Both the position numbers and the translations under genes were made by a program. From Laetmonice hystrix (taxonomy: Eukaryota), in assembly GCA_965235115.1 (NCBI GenBank), contig OZ249436.1, positions 18,788,001 to 18,852,000 of the forward strand: a DNA stretch of 64,000 nt, given 5' to 3'. Positions 55,971 to 64,000 of the stretch are shown here, piece after piece; within the stretch, counting starts at the first letter, position 1; each line of letters begins with the position of its first letter. The notes under the pieces were generated by a model. The model did not search any database and was not told the origin of the DNA. It was given only the letters and a program-made list of their open reading frames with translations.

Positions 55971-56265
55971 CTGACTGGTTCCCTGGTCAACTCCTATCGG
56001 AGATAGAGACAGGTACACAGCAGCGCGTTAGCCCATTTCATTGGCCGAAGAGCACCGATGCCAAATTGTTTTTTCTACGTCTACTGATTGTGACGCGATA
56101 ATATCACCATGGTTCCTAAATCTACTGATTGTGACGTGATGGTCGTACGGCCTGTTGCTAAGTGATCTGTTGTTCCGGTTGTCTTTTTCTTTTGAGCCCG
56201 TTTTTGCTGGTGTGTACCTGTCTCAATCTCCGAGGGGCAGGAGGAGTGAACAGGGGACCAGTCAG
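55971..56265. mobile_element. Full-length copy of the dispersed MITE
   Basis: TIR CTGACTGGTTCCCTG..GAGACAGGTACACA / TGTGTACCTGTCTC..CAGGGGACCAGTCAG; GACTACGTA on both flanks. Confidence 0.8.
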
Positions 56266-56892
56266 GACTACGTATTAATGACTCAGGTATCAGACCACCA
56301 AATTACATCAAAACAGGGATCTCGGTCGATTTCTGTAGCTTAAATTCAGAGGAGGGGATCGGCTTATGACGCTAACATAAATAAAAATGTGCTTAAAAAA
56401 CCTTTTTAGTCTATCTGTATTATATTATATCAATAGTTTGGTTAAATGGGCCAGTTGCTATGGGGTTTCTCATTCGATTCAACGATGGCTTAATATATTT
56501 AGCGTTGTGAGACTTCGGAAAGCCGGCTGTGCATGAAGTTGTAGGAGAGAGAGATTGAAAAACAAAGACTTGAAAACTAGATCAAAAACTAGGTGGTCAG
56601 TAAATTTCGATATAAGACATTTTAGCGTTCTTTTGGATGCTCATCAGAATCAAAAGTGAGTGTGACCTAGCTTCAGCCGTTCAGGTCAAGAATCGGGCTG
56701 CATCACGCTGATCATTTCACCATTTTATCAATGACAATCATAATGTGATGTCTGATGATCAGTCACGTTGTATGAGTATGACTCTATGACATATGTAGAC
56801 AGAATATCCATCTCTCTAGTCTGTTTGGAACACAGAGCTGACGAGTTGGCTATGACATATGATGAGTACAATATCATGTGACATGTCTACTC

Positions 56893-57326
56893 TGACGGCA
56901 GAATAGCGGATTATCTAATAATTAGAGCCTAATTAACAACAATTTTGGGACTAAACTAACACTAACGCTAGGCCTAGCCTTTACCCCCCGCCAAACACAT
57001 TGTTTCGTGCCAGTAGAATAAAATCTAACTAATTTATTTATTCTGCCGTCTGACGGCAGAATAACCACTGCGTAATCATAAACATAATGATAATAATTTA
57101 TATGACATAATGATATAATTTATATGACACATAATTAATGCTTAGGATTACGCAGGGGTTATTTTGCCATCAGACGGCAGAATAAATAAATTAGTTTGAC
57201 TAATTACTGACACGAAACAGTGTGTTTGGGCTAGAATAAAGGTTAGGCCTAACGTTAGTGTTAGTTTAGTTCCAAAATTGTTGTTAATTAGGCACTAATT
57301 AGATAATCCGCTATTCTGCCTTCTGA
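56893..57326. repeat. ~430-bp foldback (long inverted repeat) element
   Basis: Left arm ggcagaatagcggattatctaa..cctaattaacaacaattttgg..actaaactaacactaacg pairs with right arm cgttagtgttagtttagttccaaaattgttgttaattagg..ttagataatccgctattctgcc. Confidence 0.85.
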
Positions 57327-57768
57327 CATCATCCAATAAGAATCCAGTATTACAGTCACATGACCCACCCATACGCCGGCAGAATAACCACTGCCTTATG
57401 ATTATGACACCTAGTCATAGACTAGACTAGTCATAGACATCTAGACTATTAGGCCTAACCATGCATGAGTAACTACAAACAGAAACAGTGTCATTGAGGG
57501 GGAGTGGCAGACAGTGTTGTGACAGGGTCATTCAGTGTTGTGATTGTCTTATTTTTACTCGGACTGAAGCTTTGAAAGGATCCAACACACACACATGGTT
57601 AGTACACAAAAGCAAAACTGCCAAAAGGAATCACAGAGTGGAGGATTTAGAAATTCTGGCGAAACTTAAATCCATCAAAGCCAGGTCCAAGCCAAGTCCA
57701 AGGTAATGGTAATGAATGTACCAGTAGACCTACTGCATGAAGTGGACACATGTAGACTGTAGCCAGTG

Positions 57769-58144
57769 CAGGGGCGTAGGAAAAGGGGGGCCAGGGGGGC
57801 CATGGCCCCCCCACTTTGAAATGAGGGGGGCCAGAGTATCTTTTGGCCCCCCCCACTTTTTCCCTCCCCTTGACTTTTGCCATTGGAAGTGTATGAAAGT
57901 CTATGGGGGGAGGGTATTTTTGTCATATTTCAGACCTTATTTTGTGCTCTAAGATGCACCAAATGTCACCAAATTACACTATAAATTTCGAAATTTTTAG
58001 GGGGGGGGCATGCTCCGGACCCCCTAGCATGGCTTCGCGCCTTCGGCGCTCGACCAGTCCCCCCGCCAAACTGTAATCCCTCTCGAAAAGTCCTGCGCAT
58101 GGCCCTGTTGGCCCCCCACTTTTAAAGTGCTTCCTACGCCTCTG
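57769..58144. mobile_element. hAT-like MITE with 5-bp TSD
   Basis: CAGGGGCGTAGGAA / TTCCTACGCCTCTG; CAGTG on both flanks. Confidence 0.85.
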
Positions 58145-58283
58145 CAGTGATAGTGTAGGAACTCCTTCATAACTACCCAGTCAGTAGTCCATAGAGCTGT
58201 GGGTATTACTTACTGTAGTGTGTACTAATTTTATTTATGCACCTGATGATAACATTGTATCTGTGTCTGGAATAGGTGTCAAA

Positions 58284-61200
58284 ATGGCAGAATCATTCGG
58301 GAGGGATGCCCTAAAACCCGTGCCAAAAGAACAGGATAAGGTAAGTATTAGACAGTGCAGCTGTTACTGGTATTACTAAGTGCTTTGCTGGAAGGCAAAG
58401 CCACCAATATTTCAATGTACTGGCCTGTGACGGTAACATATAGAAAAACAGTTGATGTGTCACCGTTTATCTATATCAGCTCCTCCATCCTCAGGGTCCG
58501 CCAAATCGAGGGACCGAGCGCCCGGGACAACCAGAATTATGGTCTGGGCAACTGGATTGAATAGATCGGTCGCCCGTCGGGCGACCACATCAGTAGGCCT
58601 ACATGTCACATGACATCATGTGTGCCTGACCCTGGGGCTGGGCTGAAGCCTACATGTTGCCGGCCGCCAGCATCTGAGCATGAGAGTGTTGTTGGTGCTG
58701 ACAGTGCAGAGTCGGCCGACATAACGTTTGCAGTTGATGGGCCAAAGTTTGAGGATTTTGACCCAGACACTGCAATAGACCACTGGCTGACAGATAGCCC
58801 AGGCTATCGCCATCTTGATGGCCATACGCTTTTCAAGTTTTTGAGGCACTAATTTTTTTTTTTGTGAATCAAAGATTTTCTTTATATTTTAACCAAAAAA
58901 TCCTGGGCAACCAGTTCTATTTGTCGGGCAACCACTTTTGAATTCGTGGTTGCCCACTGGGCAACCACATTTCTGGGGGATTTGGCAGACCCTGATCCTC
59001 CAACATTTTCAGGTAATAGATGGTAGTGTGACAGTTTCATACTTTGATCACTTTTAGTTTGAGAATGATATCCTAAAGGATTTTTTTCATATCTTACAGA
59101 TATTATTGGCTCCCTACGGCTACATACTCCAGCTCCCTGGGAAACAAATACGAATGAAATTGGCCACCGTAAGTCATCAGTAGTTTAAAATCTGAATTTC
59201 AATTCTATAAGAAATAATTTGTTACATATACAGTTGGGTGTTACCAGTGACAAGTTATTGGAAAGTGGGTCATTATTGCTGCCTTTATCTCATTCATGAA
59301 ATACCAGCATTTTCTCTTTTCTCATGTAGGCATTCAACTATTGGTTGAAAGTCCCAGATGAGAAACTTGCCATTATTACAGAACTGACTCAGATGTTACA
59401 CAATGCTAGTCTTCTGTAAGTATGACAATTTTTGATACTGGTGAACACATGTATAAGAAGGGTTTCGTAAATTATTGTAGTTTCTAATACTCCCTGCACT
59501 CCAGGAGAAACACTCAGGTGATACAGCACACATGCCAGGTTGATGAGAGTGGTTCAAGTGGTGCAATAATACAAAACTTCTTGTAGGTTCAATCATTTGA
59601 TTTTCCTCCTCAGAATCGATGATATTGAGGACAATTCTCAGTTGCGACGTGGAGTTCCAGGTACAATTTCCATTGTGTTTCCTCTTTATAGACCTGTAAT
59701 CCTTGGGTAAATAAACACATCAAAGTTTAAGAATATAGGAACCAATGCAGAAAGATCTTCTTACAGCAGTTTCATTTCAAGTTCTTCGTGATTGCATATT
59801 TATTTCTTAAAACATGTTAAATATAAAAAATTCAATTTTTCATTGACTTAAAGTTAAAAAGAACTGATACAATACCAGAAGAAGTCTGATCAGATTACTG
59901 TTTTGAACAGTTGCCCACAATATATTTGGTGTTGCCCATACCATCAATGCCGCCAACTATGTCTACTTCCTTGGCCTGGAAAGAGCACTTGCCTTGAATC
60001 ACCCAGAAGTCACCAGAGTATTCACAGGTAGGGCATAGATGGGAGATGACAGGTAAAATATTCACACTCCAGTTTTTCTAACAACCTTGCTGATTAAACC
60101 TTGATAAGATACTGTGATAAGTTCATGCACCTGCTGGAAACAAATGCAGGCATTGGTAAACATGTCTTGATCATTTTCATGATTGAGTATGAATGAAAAT
60201 GGGGCAGATGTAAACAAAGGATCTGTAACTTCAGGAGGGTGTCTCTGGGCAAATACTGGTACAATGAAGGGCCAATAAAGACAAGTGGGTATGTCTATAT
60301 ACAAAACATGATTGTATCAGAGCAGTTGTTAGAACTCCACCGAGGCCAGGGTATGGACATCTACTGGCGTGATTCCTACACCTGTCCCAGTGAGGACGAC
60401 TACAAGGACATGGTGATCAGAAGTATGACTTTCAACCGATATTTCTGAAAATTTGTTGATTGAATTAATTTTTTGTATTGTAAAAGATAACTTCAGAGAT
60501 GAAACAATATAGCCTACTGGGGAAAAAAGAGAAGTGGAAACTTAAAAATAAAGCATTTTTAATTGCACTTGTAGATTCTATGGATCAAATTCCCTTCAGG
60601 CTACTCGTTTGAGAAGCTATATTGTTTCAGCCTCAAAAGAATATAAACTATAAAAAAAGGAATTTCCCTTTTCAGAAACTGGGGGATTGTTTGGATTGGC
60701 AGTGAGATTGATGCAACTATTCAGCGACTACAAAACGTAAGATCTGCGTAATATATACCACAGTCATTGAACTCTGATATAGCCTCAGACACTTTAATGT
60801 GACTCAACTCATCTGTGTGAAAAGCTTTATATATGGGATTGCTAGAGTGAACTTCTTTTTGTTGTTTGCTGTCCTCAGTGATCTGAAACCACTCTGTGAT
60901 ACGATGGGGTTATACTTTCAAATCAGAGACGATTATGCCAACTTGTATTCAAAGGAGGTGAGTGCTTTCTCCCAGACATAACACAAGTTTCCTGAACGTA
61001 TAGGCTCTCTCATACAATCAGGAATGTTTGTACTAATCTATCCACATTGAGCCACAGCCTGCCCATCTAATACATGTGACAGATAAAGTCTGCCTAGTTT
61101 CTAACTTACAGTATTCAATTTCTCTTGTACTACAGTATGAAAGCAACAAAAGCTTTGCTGAAGATTTGACGGAGGGCAAGTTTTCTTTTCCACTTATCCA

Positions 61201-61577
61201 TGCCATACGCAGCCACCCAGATGACAACCAAGTGATGAGCATTCTACGACAGCGCACCAAGGACCTAGACGTCAAACATTACTGCGTGCAGTATCTGAAG
61301 AAACTTGGATCTTGTCACTACACTCGCAAGGTTGTCATTGAGTATGAAGAAAAGTAAGTTTTATAAAATTTCTGATAATTGCACTTACAGCATGTGATAA
61401 TGTAATAGCCGACTATATCTCTAACAAACTTTAAAACTGTCCATGTTTCACTTGAATCTTGAATAAGTCGTGTTTTGTTTTAGACTTTCAGCTCAGATCG
61501 AGGCTCTGGGAGGCAATCCACACCTAACTGGCCTCATTGGTGAACTTCGCAAACTCTACCGTGAGGAGCTGCAATAA
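58284..61577 (+). CDS. GGPS1: Geranylgeranyl pyrophosphate synthase, 309 aa
   Basis: Exons 58284-58340, 59100-59168 ([17 protein letters not shown]), 59330-59415 (MLHNASL), 59614-59660 ([17 protein letters not shown]), 59911-60027, 60321-60422 ([15 protein letters not shown]), 60676-60736 (KTGGLF), 60879-60957 ([14 protein letters not shown]), 61136-61353 ([11 protein letters not shown]), 61484-61577; 930 nt in frame. Confidence 0.96.
58492..58994 (+). mobile_element. Internally deleted hAT element retaining a transposase C-terminal remnant
   Basis: TIR CAGGGTCCGCCAAATC / GATTTGGCAGACCCTG, TSD ATCCT; ORF end [26 protein letters not shown] resembles the tail of the hAT dimerisation domain. 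Confidence 0.75.
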
Positions 61578-62809
61578 CCAAGCTCGATCATTATCTTGAT
61601 CTTGATCAATATTAATTATACGTGGGGAAAGTGCTATACTAGGACAAAGAACTTCAGAGAAATTCTTGTACGACAGATCATTCAGTCAATGTTCAGTTTG
61701 CTAAACAAACTTAATTTTCTGGTCATTTTTAATTAACTTTGAAAAAGATTTATTTGATGCGTCAACACGCATCTGTTGAATGGTGCTTCTCTGAATTTGT
61801 TATGGGAGAGAAGAGGAGACAGTGTCGTGAGAAAATAGGTCATACACTGTACTCGCTGAGTTTTGGGGGTTTAACTAGGAAAGGAAAGAGTTGGAACATC
61901 CTTCTTCTTTAGAAATCATATTCCACGCTTTTAAAATCTGAATGACCATAATCTCTCACCCTGACTCTAACAGCCCCCGAATGTTTCAGTCTGATCACAT
62001 TTAGAAGTATCCTGTAAAAGCGACCTTTATAACCCAGCAGGGCCATAACAATTCCTCCAACCTCCATCTGGGGGGTTTCAGATTGCAACTGGGTCATGAC
62101 GTCAAAAGTGGGCAGCAGCACTGGCCTCAATTAGTTCTCTATAGTCTTTACACTATAGGCTCTACTTGGCTGTCATCCCCTTACCTCATTTAATTTTCAT
62201 TGTACAACATCTATTTTTGAGTTTACCGTGATTTTTTTTTGTGCTGCAATTGGCTGCAGCAAAAGATCATCGTCTGGAAGAAGTTTTTTTAAATTCCCAG
62301 TCACTGCTGCCGGCTGAGCCTTCAGCACCCTGCGGGGTCCGTGAATCACACCCCTCCCTGTCCGAGACCTGGGGAGATTTATTCCATCCCGGGTGCTGAA
62401 TCTGGAGTCCTCAGTCGATTCAAAAGAATTGTCCTTCTCTTGTACATTTTGGGGCCTACATGGCTCATACATGTAGCCCTGAATGGTGGTTGGTTGGTGG
62501 TTTAGCCCTGAAACATGGACACATACACCTGTGTGTGAGGTTGGGTCCAACGTTAGACCTTTCCCTCTGTGTGTTTATGAGCTCCAACAACAGGCTGACC
62601 ATTTTTGATGTCACAACACCACCTAGCGGTGTACATGTGAAAATCAGCTGAGATGTGGGCCTCTTCAGAACGCGTTATAGTTTCACAAATCACATAAAAA
62701 CAACTTTTCCGTGTTTGCAACTGATAAAACAGTAAGAATCCATGGATACTTAATCACCAACATGTTGAAAATCCTAAAATAGTGAGAAAAGCGTGGAATG
62801 TGATCTTTA

Positions 62810-63436
62810 AGCCAGTATCTCACTGGGCTGCAACTGTTGGCGACAAATCGCGAACGGCATTCGCGAGGGAGTTTCCAAAGTGTCCGAAACGTTTGTGGTG
62901 GTTCCCAATTTCCTCGCGTGAGTCGCAGGGCCTCTCACTCGTGTTGCTGGAATTCGGAAGATGTTCAAAGAATTTGTGCAACAAATTTTCTCTCAAAATA
63001 GTCGTAAAGTCGTCGCGGGTGTCTCGAACCCATCTCGAACCCTTCTCAATTTAGTTTCCGTGAGTCAGAAACTGCAAGAAATGTGAGACAACTTTGTGAG
63101 GGGTTGGCGACCTATGAAACTAAATTGTGACTGATTGGAGACAAATTTGTGAATCATTAGAAAATAAATTGGGAACAATTTGCGACATAACTAAGACACT
63201 TTATGACTAAATTGGGACAAAAAACATTGCACCACATTTGCACGAATGTCGGACGAATGTCGTGTGGATGTTGTACGAATGTCGCAATTTATTCACAGTG
63301 CGACATACGCAAATGTGTCCTAAGTACCAATTCAGTGTGATTCCAAGTGAAAATTGTCGCTAATTTGCGTATTTTCTCACAATTTTTTTTATCTCCAACT
63401 AGTCACAAGCCGTTGCAGCCCAGTGAGATATTAGCT
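62810..63436. mobile_element. PIF/Harbinger-type MITE
   Basis: TIR AGCCAGTATCTCACTGGGCTGCAAC / GTTGCAGCCCAGTGAGATATTAGCT; flanks TTA/TGA. Confidence 0.8.
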
Positions 63437-63667
63437 TGAGTCTTTCACTTCGTTGAGGTTTTACAAACGGTACCCTGTAAGCAAGTAAAGAATAACATAA
63501 TACTTAACCTTATCTAAGAACAGATTCTGTAACGGCTTCAAGACAGATGTTTAATACTGAAAGTCACCGTACATTGTGAAAATTTGTAAATGTTTATGCT
63601 GTGTGTAAATTTCATTTGTAAAGTTTAGGTGTGTGTAAGGCTTATAGGGTACCTCAAGGATTTATAC

Positions 63668-64000
63668 TAATACAGGGGGATACGTGAAGTTACACAAGAC
63701 TAGGTGAATGATACAGGGGGATACATGAAGTTACATCAGACTAGGTGAATGGTACAGGGGGATACCGTACATGAAGTTACATAAGACTACATGAATGAAA
63801 TAAGGGGATACATGAAGTTACACATGACTAAGGAAACATGAAGTTACATAAGACTAGGTGAATGATACAGGGGGATACATGAAGTTACACAGCACTAAGT
63901 GAATAATACAGGGGGATACAAGAAGTTACACAAGACTAGGTGAATGATACAGGGGGATACATGAAGTTACACAGCACTAGGTGAATAATACAGGGGGATA
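63668..64000. repeat. 41-bp minisatellite running off the window end
   Basis: GATACAGGGGGATACATGAAGTTACACAAGACTAGGTGAAT repeated. Confidence 0.93.

Overview
Eukaryotic (animal, invertebrate-like) genomic DNA, intron-rich and dense in short non-autonomous DNA transposons and minisatellites; no prokaryotic features, rRNA, tRNA or CRISPR seen, and most ORFs in the supplied track are artefacts of repeats or exon read-through. By hand-splicing GT-AG exons I recover four complete genes in two head-to-head pairs: KATNAL2-like katanin p60 (minus, 4857-17819) / OTUD7(Cezanne)-like deubiquitinase (plus, 23217-39091), and mitochondrial ATP synthase alpha ATP5F1A (minus, 46565-54701) / GGPP synthase GGPS1 (plus, 58284-61577), plus the last two exons of an unidentified gene at the left edge. 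The most unusual pattern is that several tandem-repeat arrays are anchored exactly on exon/intron donor junctions, so each repeat unit re-creates the exon end plus 5' splice site (107-bp x15 in KATNAL2; 61-bp x12, ~21-bp x4 and 35-bp x14 in OTUD7; probably a 52-bp one at the window start). Also notable: duplicated micro-exons and candidate cassette exons in KATNAL2, a second A20 zinc finger in the OTUD7 homologue, a five-level nested transposon stack in an ATP5F1A intron, CAG-ended hAT-like elements with 5- and 6-bp target duplications, and a CTCF-motif cluster with one motif split by a MITE. All coordinates were read by eye and may be off by a few bases.
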